Positions 38,151 through 47,247 of a stretch of DNA of 64,000 nucleotides are shown piece by piece. The position numbers were made by a program, and so were the translations under genes. Position 1 is the stretch's first letter. Each line of letters starts with the position of its first letter. The DNA is taken from positions 244-64,243 of the forward strand of contig CAYJPA010000018.1 of assembly GCA_964371945.1 (NCBI GenBank). The letters are read 5' to 3'. The notes beneath the pieces are model-generated. The model searched no databases, was not told the origin of the DNA, and saw only the letters and a list, made by a program, of their open reading frames with translations. The stretch comes from an uncultured Sphaerobacteraceae bacterium. GTDB taxonomy: Bacteria > Chloroflexota > Chloroflexia > Thermomicrobiales > UBA6265.

Positions 38151-39422
38151 ATGTGCATGCGATTACTGGATCCGCGGATAGTAGGGAAGCCTTTGACCCA
38201 ACTCGACTTCAGAATTCGTTCCTCAAAGCTCCCAGGCGGCGACCTTGTCAGTGCTGTGCTCAACCGTCAGGTCATGGGTTTGGCGGATCGCGGTGGGTCG
38301 AGCGGATTGGTCGGCCAGCGCTGGGCCGATGTGTGCGCGGACTGGGTCGACAATCTGGTTGGCACGACCGCCCACATACCGATGATCGATGGCGAACCGT
38401 TTCAAATCGAACGCGTTGCACGATTGGACCACTTGCCGCGGATTGCGTCGGTTGCCTCAAAAAGGGGTCTTCAGAATCCCGATATCGTCTTCATTGGACA
38501 CCGGGCAGGGCGATCCGTGCTTCAGGCGGCGGACGCCAAGTTCTCGATTGAAACGGCTCGTTCGAAGCAGGTCAGCCCCGAGGTGGTCGAGGCACTGCTC
38601 CAATTGGGATCGCTGATCCGGTCCTTGACCGGCGAGCTAACTGAGGAGATCGAGTTTATACCCGGTGTTTTTCTCAGTCCGGACTATCCGCTCACTCACC
38701 TAATGCTGCAGGGCCGGCACGGGATCACCCGAGCCACTGCCCGCCCGGTCGAGGTGATCCTCGTACCGGTCGATGCAGGGCGTTTTTTCTCATCGCTCCC
38801 GATGATTTCGGTCACGCAGGTGCTTGCTGGAGTCGACTCGCTGCCGGTCAGCCTCCATACGAGCCTGCTTGCGGGACTCTATTACTTCAGGCTTTCCCGG
38901 GCGATCGTAGGTTCGTGGGTCGATAGCGTGAAACCGTTGTTGACGTTCAATGACCGAAACGAGGTCGACGAAGATGCGGTGCTCATAGAGGCGGTTGAAC
39001 GCGCACGCGGTGCTCAATCGGCATTCGACCTGGTTTTGACTTGGGATGCGGAGGTCGAAACAATTCGCGCCAGACGCGCGGCGGTCGAACAGGTCGCCGG
39101 TTTGCCGATCATGACGCGCGATCTTCGAACCGCGATCGCGATAGCGACCAAAGGCAAAGTCGAGGAGGGTCCCCCGGTCAATCAGGTCCGGCGGCGGCTT
39201 GGAGCATGGTTTCGAGGAGAACTGCGTGAGATCTTCGGGCCGATCCCTCCGTCTGAACCGGACTTCCCGGAAAAATTGAAGGAATTGGGCAAGGCCAGCG
39301 CCGAGATCGCGGAGCAGATTCCCGAGCAGGCGAATCGGGTCATTCTCGACCTGCTTGCGGAACGGAAACAGCGGACTCCAGGGACAGAGGATGACGAACC
39401 CGTCGAAACGCTCGAATCGTAA
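38151..39422 (+). CDS. Hypothetical protein with a PD-(D/E)xK-type nuclease motif
   Basis: The start was moved to the ATG at 38151 (MCMRLLDPRIVGK), which avoids an antisense overlap. FQIERV ... NPDIVFIGHRAGRSVLQAADAKFSIETARSKQ matches the E...PD...(D/E)xK...Q arrangement. The C-terminal half looks helical, and the tail is acidic. Confidence 0.55.
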   Translation: MCMRLLDPRIVGKPLTQLDFRIRSSKLPGGDLVSAVLNRQVMGLADRGGSSGLVGQRWADVCADWVDNLVGTTAHIPMIDGEPFQIERVARLDHLPRIASVASKRGLQNPDIVFIGHRAGRSVLQAADAKFSIETARSKQVSPEVVEALLQLGSLIRSLTGELTEEIEFIPGVFLSPDYPLTHLMLQGRHGITRATARPVEVILVPVDAGRFFSSLPMISVTQVLAGVDSLPVSLHTSLLAGLYYFRLSRAIVGSWVDSVKPLLTFNDRNEVDEDAVLIEAVERARGAQSAFDLVLTWDAEVETIRARRAAVEQVAGLPIMTRDLRTAIAIATKGKVEEGPPVNQVRRRLGAWFRGELREIFGPIPPSEPDFPEKLKELGKASAEIAEQIPEQANRVILDLLAERKQRTPGTEDDEPVETLES

Positions 39423-39593
39423 GAGGATCGCGTCCTCCTTCGCTTTGAACAGAGCACTGTTGGCACCGAATGCCAGCCCTAAGCGAGTTTGAAATAAGTT
39501 GACATAAACGAATTTGAGTGCACGAATTGGTGTTTGGGTTTCACAACTCGTGTTCCTGGGCGAGTCGCCCGGTCGAGAGAGCGGCATCGCTTG

Positions 39594-40889
39594 CTAGAGA
39601 TCGACCAGGACCTTGTTCCGGAAGGCGAGGAGTAACGTTAGCGTGATGACGATGGCGGCGCCGCCGATGGTGGATGCCTGAATGCCGATCTTGTCGGCGG
39701 CCAGTCCCATTGGGAGCGCGCCAAGCGGCATCAGTCCCCAAGTCAACATGTAGGTCCCCATCACCCTGCCGCGGATATCGTCGGTGATCAGATGCTGGAT
39801 CATCGCGTTGTTCGAGCTCATGAAGTAAGAGCCAAGCAGTCCCGCGACGACTAGAATCGGAATGCTCAGCCAGACGACGGGTGAGATGGCGAAGAGCGAA
39901 ATTGTCACCCCATAGGCGATCGTCCAGGTGATCAACGTGCGCCCCGCTCTTGATCGCTGCCTGGCCGAGGCGACCATGAGTCCACCGATCACGGCTCCGG
40001 ACCCCGACGACGCCATCAGAATTCCCAGTCCTTCTGGACCGATCTCAAGCACATCCTTGGCATAGACCGCCATGAAACTGATATAGGGGAAGACAAAAAA
40101 GGCGGGGATCGACGCCAGCAGGAAGAGACCGCGAAGATCCGGACGCGACACGACCAATTTGAGGCCGTCGAGCACTCCGCGAATACCTGACACCGTCGAG
40201 TCGATCATCACCGCCGGCAATCGAGTCGTCAGCATCAGCCCAAAGGCGACCAGAAGCGCGACCGCCTGCAACAAAAATGCCTCGCCTGTGCCGGCGAATC
40301 CGATGATCGCGCCCGCGAGCGAGGGGCCGAAAACGCGGGTCATATTCGATCCTGCACTCATCAAGCCGATCGCATTGGTCAACGATGCGCGTGGCACCAG
40401 GCGGGGCACAAGCGACTGCTGGGACGGATTGAGAATCGCTTGCAGTGAGCCATTCATGAAGGCCGCGACTAGCAAGTGCCATGGTTCGACCCTACCCGCG
40501 ATTACGTCGATCGATACGAGCACGGCCAGCGCTGCCGCCGAACCCTGCGAGACCATTAGCACCTTCCGGCGATCGAAGCGGTCGATCAACACGCCCCCAG
40601 GGATCGAGATCACGAGAAACGGCACTCCGGCCATGAAGGTCACAAATCCGACAAACGACTTTGAATCGGTCAGGTCGAAAGCAAGCCAGCCCAATGCGGT
40701 CGATTGCATCCATTGACCGAGGGAAGCCGCCAATGCGGCGCACCAGAGCCGGCGAAAGGCGGGGAACTCGTAAACCGATCGGAACGTGCGGCGAAATCCA
40801 GATTCGCTCGTCGGCGATCCGAGGGCAGAGGGATCGTGCATTGATCGGTCAGCGCCGGCCGCTGGAGTTGTTCTCCTCGTTGACGCCAA
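39594..40889 (-). CDS. MFS transporter
   Basis: About 12 TM helices. FRRLWCAALAASLGQWM and LIDRFDRRKVLM are typical of the EntS/MFS_3-type subfamily. The start is uncertain: TTG at 40889 or ATG at 40841. Confidence 0.85.
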   Translation of the reverse strand: MASTRRTTPAAGADRSMHDPSALGSPTSESGFRRTFRSVYEFPAFRRLWCAALAASLGQWMQSTALGWLAFDLTDSKSFVGFVTFMAGVPFLVISIPGGVLIDRFDRRKVLMVSQGSAAALAVLVSIDVIAGRVEPWHLLVAAFMNGSLQAILNPSQQSLVPRLVPRASLTNAIGLMSAGSNMTRVFGPSLAGAIIGFAGTGEAFLLQAVALLVAFGLMLTTRLPAVMIDSTVSGIRGVLDGLKLVVSRPDLRGLFLLASIPAFFVFPYISFMAVYAKDVLEIGPEGLGILMASSGSGAVIGGLMVASARQRSRAGRTLITWTIAYGVTISLFAISPVVWLSIPILVVAGLLGSYFMSSNNAMIQHLITDDIRGRVMGTYMLTWGLMPLGALPMGLAADKIGIQASTIGGAAIVITLTLLLAFRNKVLVDL

Positions 40890-40965
40890 CGTGATCGCTG
40901 CCTTTGCCTAAACCGGGGAAGCTTCTGATCGGCCAGTTCGTCAGCCGGGCAGACTATAGCACGAC

Positions 40966-41016
40966 CCGAATTGGCCCCAATTGCAATCAATTCGGATATC
41001 GGATCACCCCAATTGC
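40966..41016. promoter_or_regulatory. Clustered palindromes and direct repeats in the divergent MFS/cox intergenic region (candidate operator)
   Basis: CCGAATTG (40966-40973) and CAATTCGG (40988-40995) form an inverted repeat. CCCCAATTGC occurs at 40975-40984 and again at 41007-41016. Confidence 0.3.
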
Positions 41017-41263
41017 GGTTGCAGACAAGGCAGCAGTGCGGCGATATACTCAAGGGACACGGCTGAAGAGTGGAACAGTCCGACCTGACCATGGAGGAGC
41101 ATCACGGTGACAACCCCCGCCGCAGGCTACCTCGCAAGGCCCCGCTGGATTCTGCCTGTTGGCATTAGCGTGTCCAGACCCTCGGGCCGATACACTCGGG
41201 CGGTTTCGAACTGTCAGTAACCTGAGCAACGATGCTTGTTGAGCGAAAGGAGAGATCGAAAAG

Positions 41264-41770
41264 ATGGCGGACACGGTAGCGGCTCCGGCCAAAGTAGCGA
41301 TTTCAGTGACCGTCAACGGGAAGGCTTACTCGAGCGAGGTTGAGCCACGAACGCTTCTCGTCACCTTCCTGCGTGAGAATCTCGGGCTGACCGGAACTCA
41401 CATCGGGTGCGACACCAGTTCCTGCGGCGCGTGCGTCGTTCATATCGACGGCGCGGCCGTGAAGAGCTGCACTGTCTTTGCGGTGCAGGTCGACGGCGCC
41501 GAAGTCACGACGATCGAGGGCATCGGCACCGACGGTAATCTGAGCGCCGTTCAAGAGGGATTCTGGGAAATGCATGGTTTGCAGTGCGGTTACTGCACAC
41601 CCGGCATGATCATGACTGCGACAACCTTCTTGAAGGACAATCCCAATCCGACAGAAGAAGAGATCCGGCACGCGCTCGAGGGCAACCTCTGCCGCTGCAC
41701 CGGTTATCAGAACATCGTTCGATCGATCCAGTACGCGGCGAACAAGATCAACGGGACCGTGACCGGCTAG
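41264..41770 (+). CDS. coxS: [2Fe-2S]-binding small subunit of a xanthine dehydrogenase/CO dehydrogenase family enzyme
   Basis: [25 protein letters not shown] and CRCTGYQNI are the two 2Fe-2S motifs. Confidence 0.9.
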   Translation: MADTVAAPAKVAISVTVNGKAYSSEVEPRTLLVTFLRENLGLTGTHIGCDTSSCGACVVHIDGAAVKSCTVFAVQVDGAEVTTIEGIGTDGNLSAVQEGFWEMHGLQCGYCTPGMIMTATTFLKDNPNPTEEEIRHALEGNLCRCTGYQNIVRSIQYAANKINGTVTG

Positions 41771-41854
41771 CAGCGATCGGAATTCTTCGGCAAGTTCGCC
41801 GTGGCGCCGGAGCCGTAGCGAACGATCGGATTACCTCGGAGATGGAGGAGTTTC

Positions 41855-44236
41855 ATGGTCGCAACCGTTGACGCTCCAGAGAAAATGGTCGGGAAGGCGC
41901 TTAAGCGCCGTGAAGACCCCCGGTTAATCACAGGGGCATCGAGCTTTCTCGATGACCTGAAGTTACCGGGAATGACGCACGCCGCGTTGGTGCGATCACC
42001 CCATGCCCATGCAAACATCGTCAGTATCGATACCTCGTCTGCAACGTCGATGCCGGGCGTCGTCGCGGTTTTGACCGGCGACGACTTCATGGATGTCAAT
42101 CCGCTTCCGGCGGCCTGGCAGGCCGCCGGGGTCAAAAACAATGCGGTGACGCCACGGGTCTTGGCGGTGAAACAGGTCCACCAGGTTGGCGACGCGGTCG
42201 CCGTCGTGGTTGCCGAGAGCCTGGCCCAGGCGATCGATGCCGCGGATGCGGTACGAGTCGAATGGGACGTCTTGCCTGCGGTCGTCGACGCAAAGAAGGC
42301 GACCGAGCCTGGGGCGCCGCAGCTTCACGAAGAGGCGCCGAATAACATCGTGCTCGAGTGGCAGTGCGGTAAAGAAGCGTCCGAGGTCGATGCGGCCCTG
42401 GCCGCGTCCGATGTGCGAATTAGCCAGCATGTCGTCAATCAACGCTTGATTCCGACGTCGATTGAGACGAGAGGGTCGATCGGGCGGTACGACACCGGCA
42501 CGGGTGACTATACCCTTTGGGCGACATCGCAGGCTCCGCACGTTCACCGGCTGCTACTGGCAGCGTTCGTGCTCGGCGTGCCGGAACAGAAGATTCGGGT
42601 GATCGCGCCGGATATCGGCGGCGGATTCGGCTGCAAGATCTTCGTCTATTATGACATGGCGCTGGTGCTTGCACTCTCGAAAAAGATCGGTGGCCGCCCG
42701 GTCAAGTTCTGTGAGGATCGCTCCGAGAACTACCTGACCACGACCCATGGGCGAGATCACATCACCGATGTCGAGATCGGCGCGAGCCGCGACGGCAAGA
42801 TCAATGCGCTCAAAGTGAAGACATTCGCCAATCTCGGCGCGTATTTCTCGACCATCGCGGCCGGGATCCCCACGACGCTTTACGGTCGAATGCTGGCGGG
42901 TTGTTACAAGATTCCGAACATCCACTGTCATGTCACCGGCGTTTACACCAACACCGCGATGGTCGACGCTTATCGCGGCGCCGGTCGGCCGGAAGCCGCG
43001 TTCATCATCGAGCGGGTGTGCGATCTCGTTTCCGGCGCAACCGGGGTCGATCCGGCCGATGTTCGACGTCGCAATTTCATTCAGCCGTCCGATTTTCCGT
43101 ACGACACCGGGATCGGGATGTTGCCCTATGACAGCGGCAACTACGAGCCTGCGCTCGACAAGGCGCTGGAAGCGGTCGGCTATCAAGAGCTACGAAATGA
43201 GCAGGCTGCAAGGCGGTCGCGAGGCGATAACAAGCAGCTCGGCATCGGATTGTCATCCTATGTCGAGGTTTGTGGCGTTGCACCATCCAAATGGATCGGA
43301 CTCGGTGGCGAGGGCTGGGGCGCGGGCCTTTGGGAGAGCGCGAACGTCAAGGTTCATCTGACCGGTAAGGTTGTGGTTACCACCGGTTCGCTTCCTCACG
43401 GTCAGGGTCACGAAACGACCTTCGCTCAGCTTGTTTCGGATGAGCTTGGCGTGCCGTATGACGATGTCCAGATCGAGCACTCCGACACGCAATCGGCGCC
43501 ATTCGGATTCGGTAGTTACGGCAGCCGTTCGTTGGCGGTCGGTGGCACCGCGATCTACAAGAGTGCCGGCAAAGTTCGGGACAAGGCCAAGAAGCTTGCC
43601 GCCCATATGTTGGAGGCGGCCGAAGAGGATATCGAGTTCAAAGACGGCAAGGCGTTCGTAAAGGGACTGCCGGCAACGGTCAAGACGATCCAGGAGATTG
43701 CGCTTGCAGCGCACGTCGCATACGACTTGCCGGCCGGCATGGAGCCGTTCCTGGACGAGACCACCTATTACGATCCGCCCAACTGCACCTTCCCGTTCGG
43801 GACCCATATCTGCGTCGTAGAAGTCGACGTCGACACTGGTCAGGTTGTACCCATCCGATACGTCGCGGTTGACGATGTGGGCAACGTGGTCAATCCGCTG
43901 ATCGTAGACGGTCAGATCCACGGCGGGATCGCACAGGGACTCGCACAGGCGCTCTACGAGGGCGCCGAATACAATGACGACGGTCAGCTTTTGACCGGGA
44001 CATTGATGGACTACGCGATCCCGAAAGCGACGATGGTTCCGTTCTACGAGCTCGACCGAACTGTCACGCCGTCACCCGTCAATCCGATGGGTGTCAAAGG
44101 TGCCGGCGAAGCGGGTACGATTGCGTCGACACCTGCCGTGGCGAACGCGGTCGTGGACGCGGTGTCGCATTTGGGGATTGCGCATCTCGACATGCCGTTG
44201 ACCCCGGAGCGCCTCTGGCGGGCGATCCGCGGCTAG
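41855..44236 (+). CDS. coxL: Molybdopterin-binding large subunit, form II CoxL-like
   Basis: ATG after GGAGGAG. The N-terminal aldehyde oxidase/XDH a/b hammerhead region is present. The active-site loop reads AYRGAGR (form II signature), not AYxCSFR (form I CO dehydrogenase). Confidence 0.9.
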   Translation: MVATVDAPEKMVGKALKRREDPRLITGASSFLDDLKLPGMTHAALVRSPHAHANIVSIDTSSATSMPGVVAVLTGDDFMDVNPLPAAWQAAGVKNNAVTPRVLAVKQVHQVGDAVAVVVAESLAQAIDAADAVRVEWDVLPAVVDAKKATEPGAPQLHEEAPNNIVLEWQCGKEASEVDAALAASDVRISQHVVNQRLIPTSIETRGSIGRYDTGTGDYTLWATSQAPHVHRLLLAAFVLGVPEQKIRVIAPDIGGGFGCKIFVYYDMALVLALSKKIGGRPVKFCEDRSENYLTTTHGRDHITDVEIGASRDGKINALKVKTFANLGAYFSTIAAGIPTTLYGRMLAGCYKIPNIHCHVTGVYTNTAMVDAYRGAGRPEAAFIIERVCDLVSGATGVDPADVRRRNFIQPSDFPYDTGIGMLPYDSGNYEPALDKALEAVGYQELRNEQAARRSRGDNKQLGIGLSSYVEVCGVAPSKWIGLGGEGWGAGLWESANVKVHLTGKVVVTTGSLPHGQGHETTFAQLVSDELGVPYDDVQIEHSDTQSAPFGFGSYGSRSLAVGGTAIYKSAGKVRDKAKKLAAHMLEAAEEDIEFKDGKAFVKGLPATVKTIQEIALAAHVAYDLPAGMEPFLDETTYYDPPNCTFPFGTHICVVEVDVDTGQVVPIRYVAVDDVGNVVNPLIVDGQIHGGIAQGLAQALYEGAEYNDDGQLLTGTLMDYAIPKATMVPFYELDRTVTPSPVNPMGVKGAGEAGTIASTPAVANAVVDAVSHLGIAHLDMPLTPERLWRAIRG

Positions 44237-44310
44237 GCGCCTTGCAGACCGGCCGCGCGGAGCCGCCGGATATGGTTCGACGCGATTGCGCGCGATGGAG
44301 GAAGTGAACC

Positions 44311-45159
44311 GTGTATCCAAGCCAATTCGAGTATCACAAACCGAGCAGTGTCCAAGAGGCGATCGCCCTTCTTTCGAATCCAGACGCGAAGGTGCTGGCG
44401 GGTGGTCATTCGCTTATTCCCGCGATGAAGCTCCGGCTCGCAAACCCGGGCACGATCGTCGATATCGGCGCGATCTCCAGTCTGAAAGGGATCTCGGTGA
44501 ATGGCGGCGCGACAATCGGCGCTCTGACCACCTACAAAGAATTGCTCGATTCGGCGGCTCTAAAGGGTCCATTCCCGGTGATTGCCCAGACCGCGAACAT
44601 CGTCGGCGATCCCGCGGTGCGGAATCGCGGAACGCTCGGCGGATCGCTGGCGCACTCCGATCCCGCGGCCGACTACACCGCGGTCCTGCTGGCGCTCAAT
44701 GCCAGCGTGAAGGCAGTCGGACCAAACGGCGAACGGACGATCGCGCTCGACGATTTTTTCGTCGATCTTTTCACCTCCGCCCTCGAAGCGGATGAGCTGC
44801 TGACGTCGATCTCCATTCCCGCCGACTCGGCCGGGGCGGGCCAGGCGTACGAGAAGCACGCGCACCCGGCGTCGGGCTATGCGGTTGTCGGCGTCGCGGC
44901 CGTGCTCAAGGTCAATGGCGGCATCATCCAATCGGCGCGAGTTGCGGTGACCGGAGCAATCGCCAAGGCGACGCGCGCGCCCGCGACCGAGCAAGCGCTC
45001 GTGGGCAAAGCCGCAACTGCTGAGAATATCGCCGCCGCGGCCGCGCTGGCATCGGACGGACTGGATCTCAACGGCGACACCTATGCCTCCGCTGAATACC
45101 GCGGCCACCTGGTGAACGTGCTTGCCAAGCGAGCGATCACCCGCGCGGCCGGAATCTAG
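44311..45159 (+). CDS. coxM: FAD-binding medium subunit of the XDH/CODH family enzyme
   Basis: GTG start after GGAGGAAG. FEYHKPSSVQEAIALL, LAGGHSLIP and RNRGTLGGSLAHSDP are FAD-binding PCMH-type motifs. Confidence 0.9.
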   Translation: MYPSQFEYHKPSSVQEAIALLSNPDAKVLAGGHSLIPAMKLRLANPGTIVDIGAISSLKGISVNGGATIGALTTYKELLDSAALKGPFPVIAQTANIVGDPAVRNRGTLGGSLAHSDPAADYTAVLLALNASVKAVGPNGERTIALDDFFVDLFTSALEADELLTSISIPADSAGAGQAYEKHAHPASGYAVVGVAAVLKVNGGIIQSARVAVTGAIAKATRAPATEQALVGKAATAENIAAAAALASDGLDLNGDTYASAEYRGHLVNVLAKRAITRAAGI

Positions 45160-45185
45160 TTTCGAGTCGAGTGGAGACGAAACAG

Positions 45186-45214
45186 AGGCGCCGCGAATTT
45201 CGCGGCGCCTTTTT
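45186..45214. terminator. Bidirectional rho-independent terminator between coxM and the convergent methyltransferase gene
   Basis: GGCGCCGCGA-ATT-TCGCGGCGCC is followed by TTTTT. The flanking GAGACGAAA / TTTCGTCTC extends the symmetry, giving an A-tract/U-tract on both strands. Confidence 0.75.
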
Positions 45215-45289
45215 CGTCTCGGCGAAATCGGGGCCCTTGGGATCGAAGGTCCCCCTGAGGAGCCTCAAGGCGGCGGCGCTCGATCGTGA

Positions 45290-46045
45290 TCAAACCCGCT
45301 TGCGCGCAACCACATTGAGGTAGGCGATCTCGGGGTGGTCCTGGGCAGCCTCGGTGAGTTTGGAGCGGTTGCGTTCGTCTGGCGGGCCGAGGTCGAGCGA
45401 ACGCTCACGCAGCGTGTTCATCGTCGCTTTGAGTGTGTCCCAATCCGAGCGCGTCGCACGCGACGCGAAGATCACGTCGAATCCAGCACCGATAAGTGAC
45501 GACAAGAACGCTTCCTCACTTCGGAGAGAGTCGCCAAAGACGATTCTCATCAGTTCTGACGGCTCGACAGGTGAGACGAGATCACCGGCGATGAGCACAC
45601 CGCCCGGCGCGAGCCATCCGGCCGCGGCCTGGAATCCGGCGTCCAATCCGCCGGGGAGCGAATCGCTGACTCCACCGCCGAGGCCGAGCACGACATCGAA
45701 CGAGTCGTGCTCGAAGGCGGTCAGTGGTTCGTCGCCGTCGAGCTCCTTGAACGAAACCTGCTTGCCCACGCCGCGTGAATTGGCGAGCTGGCGTCCGAAC
45801 GCGAGGTAGGGAGCGAAGTTGTCGAAGCCGGTGACTTTGCAGCCGAATGCTTCCGCGATATCGACTGATGCGGGTCCGATCCCGCAGGCAACGTCAAGCA
45901 CCCGGCTTCCTTGGCGAATCCCCGACAGCATCGCCGCCGCGATCAAGAATCGCCGCCCGCCGGGCGATTGATAAAACGCATCCGATGCAAGTGACGAGAC
46001 GATTGCGTCCAGCGATTGACCGGTTTCGGCGCGAGATGTGCTCAT
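45290..46045 (-). CDS. Class I SAM-dependent methyltransferase
   Basis: Motif I is VLDVACGIGPASVDIA and the post-I motif is VTGFD. The ATG at 46045 follows GGAGG and avoids overlap with hom. Confidence 0.8.
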   Translation of the reverse strand: MSTSRAETGQSLDAIVSSLASDAFYQSPGGRRFLIAAAMLSGIRQGSRVLDVACGIGPASVDIAEAFGCKVTGFDNFAPYLAFGRQLANSRGVGKQVSFKELDGDEPLTAFEHDSFDVVLGLGGGVSDSLPGGLDAGFQAAAGWLAPGGVLIAGDLVSPVEPSELMRIVFGDSLRSEEAFLSSLIGAGFDVIFASRATRSDWDTLKATMNTLRERSLDLGPPDERNRSKLTEAAQDHPEIAYLNVVARKRV

Positions 46046-46064
46046 CAAATCCTCCGGATCTCGG

Positions 46065-47198
46065 TTACGCACCAATCGGACCTGTTGCGAGCGCGAGCAT
46101 ATCGGCCACAAGACCGGCGGCGGTCACGGCAGCACCCGCGCCGGGGCCGGTGATGTTCATCGGATAATCGTCATATCGCTTTGTGCGGAACGAAATGATG
46201 TTTTCGGGACCTTGCAGCGCGCCGAGCACGGTGCTAGTCGAAATCGCCCGGATTCCGACCGCGATCTTGCCTTCCGGCCGAACCTGAGCGACATACTTCA
46301 ACGTTCTGCCTTCGGCAGTGGCGGACGCGGCACGGGCGGCGATGTCACAGTCCTGTTCAGCGACGCGATCGAGATACGCGGGCACATCCACTGACTGCAG
46401 CGATTCCGGCACGAGGCTTTCGATCTCGATATCGGTGAGATCGACCTTGCGTCCGATCGTGCGGGCAAGAATCAATGCTTTGCGAGCGACATCGAGTCCG
46501 CTCAGGTCATCGCGGGGATCGGGCTCGGTGTATCCCAGTTTTTTGGCAGATCGAACGGCCGTCGAAAAGGGTTTGCCAGAGGCCACATCCGAGAAGATCG
46601 CGCCAAGCGTTCCAGAGAGAGCCCCTGTGATCTCGATCACCTCGTCACCCGTATCGAGCAGCGATCGGAGCGTTGAGATGACCGGAAGCCCAGCGCCGCA
46701 CGTCGTTTCGTAGCGCACGGTGCCATTCTCGGCCGCCTTCCAGATCGCGTCGCCGCCCGCGTCGCCGAACGGCAGCGCAAATGGAGATTTGTTGGAGAAG
46801 ATCATGCCGCCGTTGAGCTCCAGGGTTCGCGAAGCGATCCCTACCGTTGCCGAACCGGCGGCGGTGTCGGCCACGATGAACGGACCCATCGCAGCGACCT
46901 CGTTGATGGCGGCGATGCCTTCGAACAGGTGGTGGCCGCTAGAAGAAGCGATCTCGGACATGCTTGCCCGTTGTTTGCGAGCATCGAGCGCGACTAGTAG
47001 TTGTTCATCGCTGAGACCTGAGGCATCTTCGGCAACGATCGCGCCGTCGATGTCGATCAATGCCGCGTAACCTACATCGATTCCGAGTTGATCGCGCCAG
47101 ATTGCGCGATGTTCGACGACCTGGCGGATCGTCGTACCACCGATCAGACCCACGCCAACTTGCACGAGCAGAATACGTTTCACCAGCGCCTCTCCCAT
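46065..47198 (-). CDS. hom: Homoserine dehydrogenase (stand-alone, ThrA-type catalytic domain)
   Basis: GAGLPVISTLRSLLDTGDEVIEITGALSGTLGAIF, LGYTEPDPRDDLSGLDVARKALILAR and ITGPGAGAAVTAAGLVADML are present. These closely follow the pattern I recall for the HSD half of ThrA. The alternative start is the GTG at 47183. Confidence 0.85.
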   Translation of the reverse strand: MGEALVKRILLVQVGVGLIGGTTIRQVVEHRAIWRDQLGIDVGYAALIDIDGAIVAEDASGLSDEQLLVALDARKQRASMSEIASSSGHHLFEGIAAINEVAAMGPFIVADTAAGSATVGIASRTLELNGGMIFSNKSPFALPFGDAGGDAIWKAAENGTVRYETTCGAGLPVISTLRSLLDTGDEVIEITGALSGTLGAIFSDVASGKPFSTAVRSAKKLGYTEPDPRDDLSGLDVARKALILARTIGRKVDLTDIEIESLVPESLQSVDVPAYLDRVAEQDCDIAARAASATAEGRTLKYVAQVRPEGKIAVGIRAISTSTVLGALQGPENIISFRTKRYDDYPMNITGPGAGAAVTAAGLVADMLALATGPIGA

Positions 47199-47247
47199 CG
47201 ACCCGTTCGATTCGTCATCAGCAAATCTTAATCGGCAGTCGAGCGGC

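Noticed and set aside
41040-41263. Possible molybdenum-cofactor (Moco) riboswitch in the coxS leader
   Set aside because: The context is tempting: a molybdoenzyme operon, a long-range pairing GGACACG (41055-41061) with CGTGTCC (41169-41175), and CCGACCTGA resembling the CCGAGCC element. However, I could not find the other conserved Moco elements (a GGAAAGG-type junction, a conserved P3/P4). A cmscan with RF01055 would settle it.
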